From positions 1 through 52,927 of the forward strand of contig JAMCWQ010000034.1 of NCBI GenBank assembly GCA_023480825.1: a stretch of DNA of 52,927 nucleotides, written 5' to 3'. The notes below the pieces were generated by a model. It made no database searches. It was given only the letters and a program-made list of their open reading frames with translations, and had not been told where the DNA came from. The translations under genes and the position numbers were made by a program. This DNA comes from Chloroflexota bacterium (lineage in GTDB: Bacteria; Chloroflexota; Chloroflexia; JAMCWQ01). Shown in pieces: positions 17,031 through 26,775 of the stretch. Position 1 is the stretch's first letter. Each line of letters starts with the position of its first letter.

Positions 17031-17615
17031 TTGATGGAGCTGGTCATGGATATTGGAGATCAATTGCGAAAGATCCACGGAGACAACGTGGTCGAAGTCG
17101 AACACAAGGCGTTTGACGGCACTACTAAGAAGGTGCCGCACGTCAAGCACGACAAATCGAGCGTCCGGAACGTCAATAACGAGATGCAGGGCACTTTCAC
17201 TGCACTGGAGCGAGTGGCCATTGTCGTCACCGACCGCGTCGGCACTTTTGGCTTCTTTCTGATAATTCTCGCGTGGACCATTGTCTGGCTGGGATGGAAT
17301 ACTCTGGGGCCGCGTGGCTTGCGCTATGACCCAGCGCCGGCCTTCGTCCTGTGGCTCTTCATATCGAACATGCTTCAGATCATGCTAATGCCCTTAATCA
17401 TGATCGGGCAGAATCTTCAGGGGAGACACGCCGAGTTGCGAGCCGAGGCCGATTTTGACGTGAATAAACGAGCCGAGCAGGAGGTGGAAACCATCCTGCT
17501 CCACTTGGAACATCAAGCGGCGGAGATCGAGCGGCAAGGCGAGCTGATTCTGGAGATCCTGGGCAAACTAGAGCCGGAGAAGTCGCCGGAGGTGGGGAAG
17601 CCGACTCAAGGCTGA
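17031..17615 (+). CDS. DUF1003-like two-TM membrane protein
   Basis: It shows the pattern ...FGFFLIILAWTIVWLGWN...PAPAFVLWLFISNMLQIMLMPLIMIGQNLQGRHAELRAEADFDVNKRAEQEVE..., typical of the DUF1003 family. Confidence 0.7.
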   Translation: MMELVMDIGDQLRKIHGDNVVEVEHKAFDGTTKKVPHVKHDKSSVRNVNNEMQGTFTALERVAIVVTDRVGTFGFFLIILAWTIVWLGWNTLGPRGLRYDPAPAFVLWLFISNMLQIMLMPLIMIGQNLQGRHAELRAEADFDVNKRAEQEVETILLHLEHQAAEIERQGELILEILGKLEPEKSPEVGKPTQG

Positions 17616-17929
17616 GGGGCAGGCCTTTCGATCCGGTTGATTATCTCGAATAGCTCGAGTTGCGGCTCCTCACCGGTGGCCTGGAACATCTGCACGCCGC
17701 GCGGGGTTTCGGATTCCCTTCTCGTCTCTTCCAGCCCCTCGTGGCTATCCCAGATGGTGATGATTCGCCATAGGTTGGGATCGGATGTGCTCTGCACCAG
17801 GTAGCTCTCGACAAGATGACTGGATCGCTCGTGTTTTGCCGCTTGATAGCCTCTCTCCAAGATCTCCCAGTTGTCCGGTACAATGTGCGCTTCGAGTATG
17901 GTCATCACCGGGTGTTTTTCCATAGCCAT
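17606..17929 (-). CDS. Small ABM (antibiotic biosynthesis monooxygenase)-like / ferredoxin-fold protein
   Basis: The product is 107 aa and has an AGGAGAG SD. The size and pattern VMTILEAHIV...LVESYLVQS...LWRIITIWDSHEGLE fit the family. It converges on the DUF1003 gene with a 10-nt overlap. Confidence 0.5.
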   Translation of the reverse strand: MAMEKHPVMTILEAHIVPDNWEILERGYQAAKHERSSHLVESYLVQSTSDPNLWRIITIWDSHEGLEETRRESETPRGVQMFQATGEEPQLELFEIINRIERPAPQP

Positions 17930-18211
17930 CTCTCCTATCTTTGCGGTTTATTTGCCTCAAGCAAGCTTTAGGTGAGCACCGTGCGGTGGATTGCCCGCGT
18001 CCATTTCGAGACAATGCAATAAGCATGCCACATGTGGCCGCTACTCAACAATGGGCTGCTTATTGGCGTGGGATAAAACGAGCAGAATGGTGTCTACCGG
18101 GCCGCGGATTCCGCTGTAACCACGCGCACGATCTAATGCCGTTCTTCAGAGAATTGTGCTAAACTACCTGCAACTTACCAGCGCTACACAACACCGGTGG
18201 AGGACTCTTGC

Positions 18212-19549
18212 ATGAGAAAAATGGCCGTAGTCCTCGCAGTTGTCTCGGCAGTCGTGCCATTCATGTTGGCCGGTTGTGCTCCCTACCTCTCCGCCGCTTC
18301 GCCCACAGCCACCACAAAGGGCCTGGAGACAATCGAACACTTTGTCTTTATTATGCAGGAGAACCGCAGCTTTGATTCCTATTTCGGGACTTATCCAGGG
18401 GCGGACGGCATCCCCGCCGGCGTCGCTCTCGAGGGATCGCCTGGTAGCCCCCAGCTCGCTCCTTACCATGATACAAACAACGTGAACAGAGGTGGTCCTC
18501 ACGGCTGGGATGCCTCTAAGGCAGCAATCAACGGTGGGAAGATGGATGGGTTTCTGAAGGAGTCCCTGAGAGGCGGGAAGGGCGGGGACGGGCTACCGCC
18601 TTGCGAGCCCCCCGGCCCCAACTGCCCTCCGGGGCGTAACCCACTGGACGTCATGGGATATCACGACTTCAACGAGATTCCCAATTACTGGAACTACGCC
18701 CACCTCTATGTGCTCCAAGATCGGATGTTTGAGTCCGTGGCCTCCTACAGCCTGCCCGCCCACCTCTACATGCTGGCTGCACAAAGCGGCGGCTATGTGG
18801 GTAGCAGCGGCCAGCCCATTCCGTCTGCCTACACCTTCCCGGAGATTACCGAATTGCTGACCAGCGGCAAAATCGATTGGAAGTACTATGTGACATCCGG
18901 CAGCGAACTGGATCCTGAAGATGGATACATTGCCGGCACTCCATCACAGCAGAAACAACATCCCAAAATGTACACCTACTGGAATCCTCTTCCGGCCTTC
19001 CCGTCGGTGAAGAATGATCCGGCGCAGTGGAAGCGTTTGGTGGATACCAGCCAGTTCTACCGTGATGCTCAAAATGGGACCCTGCCACAAGTGAGCTGGG
19101 TAATACCTTCAAACGAGGTAAGTGAGCACCCGCCGTTCGGAGTGCGCGAGGGCATGGCCTACGTAACCGGCCTGGTAAACGCAGTAATGCAGAGCCCGGA
19201 CTGGGATACAACTGCGATATTCATAAGCTGGGATGATTGGGGTGGCTTCTACGATCATGTAGCCCCTCCGCAGGTCGACGAATTTGGCTACGGGGTAAGG
19301 GTGCCAGGTTTAGTCATCAGCCCTTACGCCAAACAAGGGTTTGTCGATCACAGCACCTACTCGTTCGATTCGTGGCTGCGAATAGTTGAGCGACGATTCG
19401 GGGTGCCCTCGATGACCGACCGTGACGCGGAGGCTAACGACATGCTGGCTGCTTTTGACTTCAATCAGAAGCCGCGGCCGCCGGTGGTCCTGGCGGCCAC
19501 GGTAGAGGGATCGCCCTACCCGCAGCCGCAACAGCGCATTCAACGGTAG
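18212..19549 (+). CDS. Phosphoesterase family lipoprotein (phospholipase C / acid phosphatase AcpA family)
   Basis: It has the lipobox FMLAGC and the family motif [26 protein letters not shown]. The later ...[16 protein letters not shown]... also fits. ATG 18212 is preceded by GGAGGA. Confidence 0.85.
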   Translation: MRKMAVVLAVVSAVVPFMLAGCAPYLSAASPTATTKGLETIEHFVFIMQENRSFDSYFGTYPGADGIPAGVALEGSPGSPQLAPYHDTNNVNRGGPHGWDASKAAINGGKMDGFLKESLRGGKGGDGLPPCEPPGPNCPPGRNPLDVMGYHDFNEIPNYWNYAHLYVLQDRMFESVASYSLPAHLYMLAAQSGGYVGSSGQPIPSAYTFPEITELLTSGKIDWKYYVTSGSELDPEDGYIAGTPSQQKQHPKMYTYWNPLPAFPSVKNDPAQWKRLVDTSQFYRDAQNGTLPQVSWVIPSNEVSEHPPFGVREGMAYVTGLVNAVMQSPDWDTTAIFISWDDWGGFYDHVAPPQVDEFGYGVRVPGLVISPYAKQGFVDHSTYSFDSWLRIVERRFGVPSMTDRDAEANDMLAAFDFNQKPRPPVVLAATVEGSPYPQPQQRIQR

Positions 19550-19568
19550 TGATAGCTGGAGTAAGGAA

Positions 19569-20840
19569 CTACGGGACGTTCTTGATCTTGCTCAGGTCGC
19601 CATCGCAAGCGGCGGCCAGAATCGGCTCCATGTATGTGTCTATCATGTCGGCGGTCAGTGGCACCGGCATATTCTCCAGCTTCATCTTGAGTTGCGGGTC
19701 CTTGGCGGCGTTAAGCGCCCGAGTCACATGTTCTTCGGTGAACCCGTTCACTTCCCGCAGGGTGGCGGGGAAGCTAATCGTTTTGCCCAACTCGATCAGC
19801 CCTCTCGCAACGGCTTCCCCAAGCTCACGGCCGCTCAACTTATCGATGTCTGCCTTGGTGAGGCCTGCGTCCTGAAGGATACGGCCGACCAAACGTAGGG
19901 GTTCCTCGACCGCCGGGGCAAAGAAGACAGTGTAATAGGGGTTCATGATGGCGCAGGCCCTACCATGGCTCAAGATGTCCACGAGTGAGAAGCTAGTCAG
20001 GTGAGCGCCATTCGTGCCGCCGAGCATAATGGAGTAGCCACCCAAGTCTGTAGCGAGCCCGAGCGCGGTCCTTGCTTCCAAGTCTTTGGGGTTCTCGACT
20101 GCTCTCCCAACGTACTCAACGATCAGGCTAATGCACTCCTTGGCTACCTCGGCCATTTTCGGATAGTAAGGTTTGCCCACAGCTCCATAGAGCACTTCGA
20201 GGGCGTGCGCCAGGCCATCGAGCGCGCCATCGGCGGTGAAGGCCGGCGACATGGAGATGGTGAGGTCATAATCAAAGACCGCACGGGCCGGGACGATAGC
20301 CTCGTCGACGATCAATTTCTTCTGGCCGGTGGAAACATCGGTGATATTGGAATACTTGGTGAGGTGGGCCCCGGAGCTGGCGGCGGTCTGAATGGCTACC
20401 AAGGGGGTAAGCTTCTTGCCGCTGGCCTTTAGCGCCTCCGAAACCTTTCCGGTTCCGAAATAATCATCAATGGAGCCGCCTAGTGTACGCAGTACCTCAG
20501 CAGCCTTGGCGGCGTCGAGCGTGCTGCCGCCACCGATACAGACGATGACATCGGGCGCCAACCGGCGCAGGTCATCCGCGATCCGGAGCACGTCTTGCCG
20601 GGGAGCGTTTGGTCCGGCCCCTTCTATCTTGCCCAGTACCTGGACCCCCGAAGAGGACAGAGAGCCCTCGACCCGTTGGATTAGCACCGAATTGCCCGGG
20701 AATACCGTGTAGACCACTGCTGCCCACTTGCCGAGACCCGCGGTCACCTCTCCAACCTTGTCCAGCACCCCCGAGCCGAACACATAGTTGTCGCCTTTGA
20801 AGTCATGTATCAGTTGTCTTGCTTTTTGGAAGTCAGACAT
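19569..20840 (-). CDS. Iron-containing alcohol dehydrogenase family protein
   Basis: It has ...VIVCIGGGSTLDAAKAAE... and downstream metal-binding His-containing segments (GLAHALE, GGTNGAHLTS). A GGGAGGAG SD is present. Confidence 0.88.
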   Translation of the reverse strand: MSDFQKARQLIHDFKGDNYVFGSGVLDKVGEVTAGLGKWAAVVYTVFPGNSVLIQRVEGSLSSSGVQVLGKIEGAGPNAPRQDVLRIADDLRRLAPDVIVCIGGGSTLDAAKAAEVLRTLGGSIDDYFGTGKVSEALKASGKKLTPLVAIQTAASSGAHLTKYSNITDVSTGQKKLIVDEAIVPARAVFDYDLTISMSPAFTADGALDGLAHALEVLYGAVGKPYYPKMAEVAKECISLIVEYVGRAVENPKDLEARTALGLATDLGGYSIMLGGTNGAHLTSFSLVDILSHGRACAIMNPYYTVFFAPAVEEPLRLVGRILQDAGLTKADIDKLSGRELGEAVARGLIELGKTISFPATLREVNGFTEEHVTRALNAAKDPQLKMKLENMPVPLTADMIDTYMEPILAAACDGDLSKIKNVP

Positions 20841-21946
20841 AGCTCCTCCCTTGCCTGCTCTAAATCTGCGGGACTATCCAGCCATCCAATTCTACTCGCC
20901 CGGTACTCGTCTTCGCAACCCGCTGTCCAGTAGTAAGGAGGTGTCTTCCGTCCCGCCTGCGCCTGGCGAAGGAAGGTATCGGCCCGTCTGTATTCTCCTC
21001 TCATGATACAAACTGCCCCGAGTTTTTCAAGGGTTGCCAATGCTTCGGGATGTTCCGGACCGAGAATACGCTGGGCCTGAAGTGCGCTGCTATAAAGCGC
21101 TTCGGCCTCGGAAAGCCGGCCCTGCGCGATGAGCGAGTCCGCGACGTGGCTCAGAATCAGTCCAAGCTGTGAGCGCTTTGGCGATGCCTGTAGCTTCATT
21201 AGATGTAGAGCACGGCGGAAACACGCTGCTGCTTCGGACCATTCTCCTTGAGCGGCATAGGCCGAGCCCAGGGCGTCCATCGCCTCGGCCAGAAGGGGAT
21301 GCTCCGGTCCCAGTTGGCCAGCGACGGAATCAATAGCGCGTTGGCAGAGTGCCTTGGCCGCCTCGTTGTCGCCAACGGCGGAGAATATCGATGCCAGAGC
21401 AATGTGGGAGGCAAAGATATCTTCCCGGTGGCCGGCCGTTTCGGCGACTCGTAGGGCCTCGATGCAGAAGGCGGCAGCGCCGCCGTATACTCCCCAAGCC
21501 CGGCAAACCTCACCGAGACCGCGCAGGGAAGGGGCCGTGGAGGGGTCATGCCGGTCCTCCGATGTGTCGACTGTTGCCAGTGCCAGGATATAGTAGTGCC
21601 AGGCTTCTTCGAGCAAGCCTTGTTCCTTGCGGAGGGAGGCAATTCCCCTCAGGGCAAACGCGAAAACTCCCGTTGCCGGGGGCTTTAGCTCCTGGAGAAT
21701 CGTAAGGGACTCTACGTACAAGGGACCAGCCTGCTGAAACTTACCTTGCAGTCTGAATGCCTCCGCTAAATGGGTGAGAGACTGGCCTAGTCTCCATGGT
21801 TCAGATTGCAGTTGTTCAGCACAGGCAACTGCCGCCCGGAATTGCTTCTCCGCCCGCACGTACCGGCCCTTGTCCTGCGATTTTACACCTGCCGAGATAT
21901 GCGACTGCCAGAGGGCGGCGAGGCGCTCGTGCTCAGCCATAGCCAT
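20810..21946 (-). CDS. Tetratricopeptide repeat (TPR) protein
   Basis: It contains repeated 34-40 aa A/L/Y-rich helical units (e.g. ...GRLSEAEALYSSALQAQRILGPEHPEALATLEKLGAVC...). Its 3' end overlaps the ADH start by 31 nt. Confidence 0.75.
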   Translation of the reverse strand: MAMAEHERLAALWQSHISAGVKSQDKGRYVRAEKQFRAAVACAEQLQSEPWRLGQSLTHLAEAFRLQGKFQQAGPLYVESLTILQELKPPATGVFAFALRGIASLRKEQGLLEEAWHYYILALATVDTSEDRHDPSTAPSLRGLGEVCRAWGVYGGAAAFCIEALRVAETAGHREDIFASHIALASIFSAVGDNEAAKALCQRAIDSVAGQLGPEHPLLAEAMDALGSAYAAQGEWSEAAACFRRALHLMKLQASPKRSQLGLILSHVADSLIAQGRLSEAEALYSSALQAQRILGPEHPEALATLEKLGAVCIMRGEYRRADTFLRQAQAGRKTPPYYWTAGCEDEYRASRIGWLDSPADLEQAREELCLTSKKQDN

Positions 21947-22182
21947 ACTCCTCCACCGGATTACGTCACCCGGGGGCTAGATCTTCTCGATTGTGCTGGT
22001 CTTCTCTCAGTTCCTGGCAAAGTGATGATATAGCGAAGGAGCGACAACTACGGTCGTTCGGTTGGGCAGCATGCAATTCCTGCCGCGGGTGCCCCAACAC
22101 GGAGAGGGCAGCGCGGTAGCTGCACATTTTGCGGTCCTCCGCATTGGCGAGTCTGAGCCCCGTCTGGGCAAAACCGTGGCAG

Positions 22183-22971
22183 TTACTTGAACTCCGGTGA
22201 GGCGTTGGGGTCAAAGGGATTGGTGCGCACGGCAAGGGAGAAGAGGTAGGGATAGTCAACTCTGAGGTGGTCCATGTAGGCGAGCCATGATGCCAGCAAT
22301 TGTACGTATGCCCTTTCCATGTCCGCGGAGATGTGTGCGTAATCCGCCTGGGGTAGGTTCAGCAAGTTGGCCCGTGCTTTCAATTCCTCGGCAAGATGAA
22401 GCACCGCCCAAAGAAGGTCGGTAAATCGCGTATGCTCGAGAAGGTTGGGATTTTCCAATAGCCGCAAGAGGAACTCCCTGCGCTGAAGCAGAAAGTCTCG
22501 GAGATACACGATGTCGCCGGCACGGCTATCCAACCGGAAATCGCAACTGCGCACAGTCTGGGCAGACTTCGAGAATTGGTTTTCGTCCCATCTGCCGCCT
22601 ACAGCCAAATCGCTGCATGTCTTCCCGACGTCGAGGTCGAAAGAGGAGAGCAGTCTGAGCATCTCGGTACCTACTTCACTGAAGAAGGCGCCAATTACCA
22701 TATTTAGCTTGCGCATGGTGGCACGTTTCTCTCGCTGGGTGAGGAGCCCCGATATGATGAGAGTGACAAAAAGGACCTCTAACGGCATGAAACCGAGATC
22801 GATTAGAAAGTAGTCAACTAAGTGCGCGGCGTCCCGGAAAATGACGAAATGAAGGGCGTAGACCACGGCCGACACGGCGACCAGACTCGCCCCAAGAACC
22901 ACCTGCCAGAGGTATCGCCTCACTTCCAACGTGCTCCTAAGAATCGATAAAAGTACTCTATATTGTACCAT
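22183..22971 (-). CDS. Hypothetical membrane protein
   Basis: The start is set at MVQYRV.... Two clear TM helices are followed by a soluble domain of about 170 aa with no recognised motif. Confidence 0.55.
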   Translation of the reverse strand: MVQYRVLLSILRSTLEVRRYLWQVVLGASLVAVSAVVYALHFVIFRDAAHLVDYFLIDLGFMPLEVLFVTLIISGLLTQREKRATMRKLNMVIGAFFSEVGTEMLRLLSSFDLDVGKTCSDLAVGGRWDENQFSKSAQTVRSCDFRLDSRAGDIVYLRDFLLQRREFLLRLLENPNLLEHTRFTDLLWAVLHLAEELKARANLLNLPQADYAHISADMERAYVQLLASWLAYMDHLRVDYPYLFSLAVRTNPFDPNASPEFK

Positions 22972-23232
22972 TTCTCTCCCCTGGCAGGCCCGCTCTCCCA
23001 AGGCAGGACTGAGTCCCCACATCTCCAGTGACAAATGATACACCCGCGCCATGGGGCATCTGCTTGAATGACGCGTCTGCATCATTCGAGGATCCGCGCT
23101 GCCAAGTAGACTGTTGGTGTAAAACGGTAAAACCAGAAGAGAGCACGTCAAGAGACCCGAACCGATCCAGCGGGCTCCTGCAGGTTAGATCAGGAATCTA
23201 TTACACCTGCCATCTGCCAGAGGTGAATGCAT

Positions 23233-24003
23233 ATGGCGAAGACGAAGACGAAGTCCACCTTCATCGGGCTCCGGTTGACGGCTGATCAAGCAGAGCAACT
23301 CGCTAGCCTTCAGCAGTCTCTGAACTCATCAACCAAAACAGAGGTCCTGCTGAAAGGCTTGGAGCTGATGGCCAAGGCCCAACCCACGGCTGTGCCGGAT
23401 GGGAGAAGAAGATCGCTGGGCCCGGTTCCGCCCGACTTTGGAATACCGGATAGCATCGGCTTGCGGCAGCTAAAGGCCGAATCCCTAAGATATGCAAGCG
23501 CAGTACAGCAGTCGATTAACAGGAGGAGAAAGATGATCAGTCAGGTAACAGAGGAGCTAGCTCGGACTGACGAGATAATCGACAGGTACGGAGGAGATAA
23601 GTCAGCCCTTATCCAGATACTCCTGGAGCTTCAACAGGAAAACCGCTGGCTTTCCGAGGATTCCCTTGAATGGATAAGCCGGAGGTTGGGCGTTCCCCTC
23701 ACTGAGGTCTACCACGTCGCCACCTTCTACAAAGCTTTCAGTCTCACGCCACAAGGGCGCCACTCGGTATCCGTGTGCCTTGGTACTGCATGCCAGGTGC
23801 GTGAAGCGCCCCGCCTGCTGGACAAGGTGGTCGACATATTGAAGATCAACCCCGGAGACACGTCAAGAGACATGCGATTTAGCCTCAACACTGTGAATTG
23901 CCTGGGCTGCTGCGCATTAGGTCCGGTGATGGTGGTGGATGGGAAGTATTACAGCAACCCATCAGTCGAAGACTTGAACAAAATCGTAGCCGAGTGTGAC
24001 TGA
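23233..24003 (+). CDS. NuoE/HoxE-like [2Fe-2S] subunit with an in-frame N-terminal extension of about 100 aa
   Basis: The C-terminal 155 aa match the NuoE family (...ALIQILLELQQENRWL...VSVCLGTACQV...VNCLGCCALGPVMVVDG). Strong internal SD AGGAGGAG sits before ATG 23533. The N-terminal part (TFIGLRLTADQAEQL...KTEVLLKGLELMA) looks ribbon-helix-helix-like. Confidence 0.8.
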   Translation: MAKTKTKSTFIGLRLTADQAEQLASLQQSLNSSTKTEVLLKGLELMAKAQPTAVPDGRRRSLGPVPPDFGIPDSIGLRQLKAESLRYASAVQQSINRRRKMISQVTEELARTDEIIDRYGGDKSALIQILLELQQENRWLSEDSLEWISRRLGVPLTEVYHVATFYKAFSLTPQGRHSVSVCLGTACQVREAPRLLDKVVDILKINPGDTSRDMRFSLNTVNCLGCCALGPVMVVDGKYYSNPSVEDLNKIVAECD

Positions 24004-24023
24004 CGCCACTAGGGGGAAATGAT

Positions 24024-25901
24024 ATGCCCAAAATGAATTCGATTGGCGAATTGAATGCCTACAGAGGGCAACTGAGGAACTCCGCTTTTCCAGAAAAGAC
24101 TTGCATAGCTATTTGCTGCGATACGGGATGTGAAGCCTGCGGGTCGAACTATCTTGTGGAAGCCTTCAATAGGGAGATTGAACGCAACGGTCTTGGCGGC
24201 GCGGTCGAGGTGAGGCAGACTGGTTGCCTTGGCTACTGCGAGCGTGGCATCGTCGTCGTGATGCTGCCGGACGATATCTGCTACCTTAGCGTCAAGCCAT
24301 CGGACGTCCCGGATATTGTCTCGGAGACGATTATGGGAGGACGATTGGTCGACAGGTTGCTGTACCAAGATGAGGACGGCAACAGGATCGCCAGGCAAGA
24401 TGAGATCCCTTTCTACAAGCGGCAGATGAGACTTGTCTTCGGTAGCAACAAGCATATGAACCCGCGGAGCATCGACGATTACATCGCACTGGGCGGCTAC
24501 TCAGCGTTGGCCAAGGCGCTCGGCGAGATGACTCCGGAGCTCGTTCTCGCGGAAGTCAAAGAGGCGAATCTTCGAGGCCGCGGCGGTGGTGGTTTCCCGG
24601 CTGGAGTCAAGTGGGAGACCACGCGTAACGCGCCGGGAGAGATCAAATATGTGATAGTGAACGCCGACGAGGGAGATCCGGGCGCCTATATGGATCGTAG
24701 CCTGCTTGAAGGCAATCCGCACAGCGTCTTGGAGGGGCTGATAATCGGAGCCTATGCCATAGGTGCTCACCGCGGGTACGTCTATGTCAGGCAAGAGTAC
24801 CCGGCAGCTCTGGAAAGCATACAGGTTGCCCTGAAGCACGCAAGGGAGTATGGGCTGCTGGGGCAGAACATACTGGGATCAGGGTTCGATTTCGACGTAG
24901 TGATACACCGTGGAGCGGGGTCATTTGTGTCTGGTGAGTCCAGCGCTCTCATGACGGCGATCGAAGGGAAGGTTGGGCGACCACGTCCGAAATACATCCG
25001 CACTTCCGTGAGCGGGCTTTGGGATAGACCCACGAATCTCAACAACGTGGAGACTTGGGCCACGGTGCCGTTAGTCATCAACAGGGGCGCCGGGTGGTTC
25101 AAAACCATAGGAACCGAAGGAAGCAAGGGGACAAAGATTTTCTCTCTGGTTGGCAAGGTGAAGAACACCGGCCTGGTTGAAGTGCCTATGGGGACGACAC
25201 TTAGAGAAGTGATCTTCGATATCGGTGGCGGCGTGCCGGGTGGGAAGGCATTCAAGGGTGTCCAAACCGGCGGCCCGTCAGGGGGGGTGCTGCCGGTCAG
25301 CCTGCTGGACTTGCCGGTGGATTTCGATGCGCTGAGCGAGGCCGGCTCGATGATGGGATCGGGCGGTATGATCGTGATGGACGAGACCAACTGTGCTGTC
25401 AACACGGCTAGATACTTTCTGGAATTCCTGGTCGGAGAGTCCTGTGGCAAGTGTACACCTTGTCGTGAGGGAGTCGCACAGATGCTGGCGATCCTCAATC
25501 GCATCTGTGAAGGTGATGGATTGCCCGGAGATATCGAAAGATTGCAGGACATTTCAGCGGTAGTCAAAGAGGCCTCTTTGTGCGCTCTCGGCCAGTCGGC
25601 TCCGAACCCTGTACTAAGCACCATCAGATATTTCCGCGGTGAGTACGAGGCTCACATCTACGAGAAACAGTGTCCCGCCGGCGCCTGCAAGTCTCTGATC
25701 GAATACTACATCGATCCCGAGAAGTGCAAGGCGTGCATGATTTGCCTCCGAAACTGCCCGGCCGGAGCCATTAGTGGCGGCAAGGGGCAAGTTCACACAA
25801 TCGACCAGACGAAGTGCACGAAGTGCAATACGTGTTTGGATGTCTGCCCTTCACGCTTCGGCGCCGTCACTAAGCGGTCAAAGACTGCCGTGCTGGTTTG
25901 A
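24024..25901 (+). CDS. NuoF/HydB-type NAD(P)H-binding flavoprotein subunit with extra FeS domains
   Basis: It has an N-terminal thioredoxin-like Cys cluster domain, the FMN/NADH motifs RGRGGGGFPAGVKWE and the N3 cluster motif ESCGKCTPCREG. The C-terminus carries two CxxCxxCxxxCP ferredoxin motifs. Confidence 0.9.
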   Translation: MPKMNSIGELNAYRGQLRNSAFPEKTCIAICCDTGCEACGSNYLVEAFNREIERNGLGGAVEVRQTGCLGYCERGIVVVMLPDDICYLSVKPSDVPDIVSETIMGGRLVDRLLYQDEDGNRIARQDEIPFYKRQMRLVFGSNKHMNPRSIDDYIALGGYSALAKALGEMTPELVLAEVKEANLRGRGGGGFPAGVKWETTRNAPGEIKYVIVNADEGDPGAYMDRSLLEGNPHSVLEGLIIGAYAIGAHRGYVYVRQEYPAALESIQVALKHAREYGLLGQNILGSGFDFDVVIHRGAGSFVSGESSALMTAIEGKVGRPRPKYIRTSVSGLWDRPTNLNNVETWATVPLVINRGAGWFKTIGTEGSKGTKIFSLVGKVKNTGLVEVPMGTTLREVIFDIGGGVPGGKAFKGVQTGGPSGGVLPVSLLDLPVDFDALSEAGSMMGSGGMIVMDETNCAVNTARYFLEFLVGESCGKCTPCREGVAQMLAILNRICEGDGLPGDIERLQDISAVVKEASLCALGQSAPNPVLSTIRYFRGEYEAHIYEKQCPAGACKSLIEYYIDPEKCKACMICLRNCPAGAISGGKGQVHTIDQTKCTKCNTCLDVCPSRFGAVTKRSKTAVLV

Positions 25902-25944
25902 AGCGGACGCCAAGTCACAGTTCATACAGATGCGAGGTGGAGAA

Positions 25945-26598
25945 ATGGTTGAACTAGGAACAAGGGTTGTCACAAAGCGCGAGGCCGGACCAGTCCAAAT
26001 CACTATGACTATCAACGGCGTCGAAGTCAAAGCTTCGGAGGACATGAACATACTGGAGGCCGCCAGGGAGGCGGGGATAGATGTGCCGACTTTGTGTTAT
26101 CACAAAGACCTGACTCCCTACGGCGCCTGCCGTCTCTGCACCGTAGAGATAACCAAAGGAAAACGAACACGGCTGGTGGCATCGTGTGTCTACCCGGCCG
26201 AGGAAGGCCTCATTGTGCAGACTGAGACCGAGACCATCACCAGAATCCGAAAGACCATTCTGGAGATGATGCTGGCCAGGGCACCCGGGGTCCCGGTGCT
26301 GAGAGAACTCGGATCCCGGTATGGGGCCGACAGCCGTAGGTTCGATGCGGATCACACCTTCTGTATTCTCTGCGGGCTCTGCGTCCGCTACTGTGACGAG
26401 ATCAAGAATGCACACGCGATCGGGTTTGTGGGGCGTGGGGAGGACCTGGAAGTCTCCTTTATTCCGGAAATTGCCGCAAAGGAATGCCCGGATTGTGGTT
26501 GGGAGTGCATGTCCGTATGCCCGACCGGGGTGATACCTTCCAACTACGCTTTGGCTGCTGTCCCGCATTTCAGCTACCCCAAATCACTAATCAGGTAG
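25945..26598 (+). CDS. HoxU / NuoG-N-terminal-like FeS protein (2Fe-2S plus 4Fe-4S) lacking any catalytic domain
   Basis: It has CYHKDLTPYGACRLC...SC (plant-type 2Fe-2S spacing), CILCGLCVRYC and CPDCGWECMSVCP. ATG 25945 is preceded by GAGGTGGAG. The product is only 217 aa. Confidence 0.8.
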   Translation: MVELGTRVVTKREAGPVQITMTINGVEVKASEDMNILEAAREAGIDVPTLCYHKDLTPYGACRLCTVEITKGKRTRLVASCVYPAEEGLIVQTETETITRIRKTILEMMLARAPGVPVLRELGSRYGADSRRFDADHTFCILCGLCVRYCDEIKNAHAIGFVGRGEDLEVSFIPEIAAKECPDCGWECMSVCPTGVIPSNYALAAVPHFSYPKSLIR

Positions 26599-26641
26599 CC
26601 ACCTAGCCGTCACAGCCGGCGAAGACGCGTGTCGATCATCG

Positions 26642-26677
26642 GGGGTCGCCTCAAACGATGCGACCCCTTTTCGCTTT
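26642..26677 (+). terminator. Rho-independent terminator
   Basis: GGGGTCGC (26642-26649) pairs with GCGACCCC (26660-26667) across a 10-nt loop and is followed by TTTTCGCTTT. Confidence 0.8.
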
Positions 26678-26704
26678 GACCCATGAGCCAGAAATTGGTA
26701 TAGT
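26676..26704 (+). promoter_or_regulatory. typA promoter with an extended -10
   Basis: TTGACC (26676-26681), a 17-nt spacer ending in TGg, then TATAGT (26699-26704). Confidence 0.5.
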
Positions 26705-26775
26705 AGTTATCCGCGCGCCAGCCTGGGCCTCCATCCGGGCGCGAGAGAAAACAGTTTTATCGGAGTTGACTTCCA

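Noticed and set aside
24782-25624. 280 aa minus-strand ORF
   Set aside because: It is antisense to the NuoF-like gene. The product is Pro/Ser/Thr-rich.
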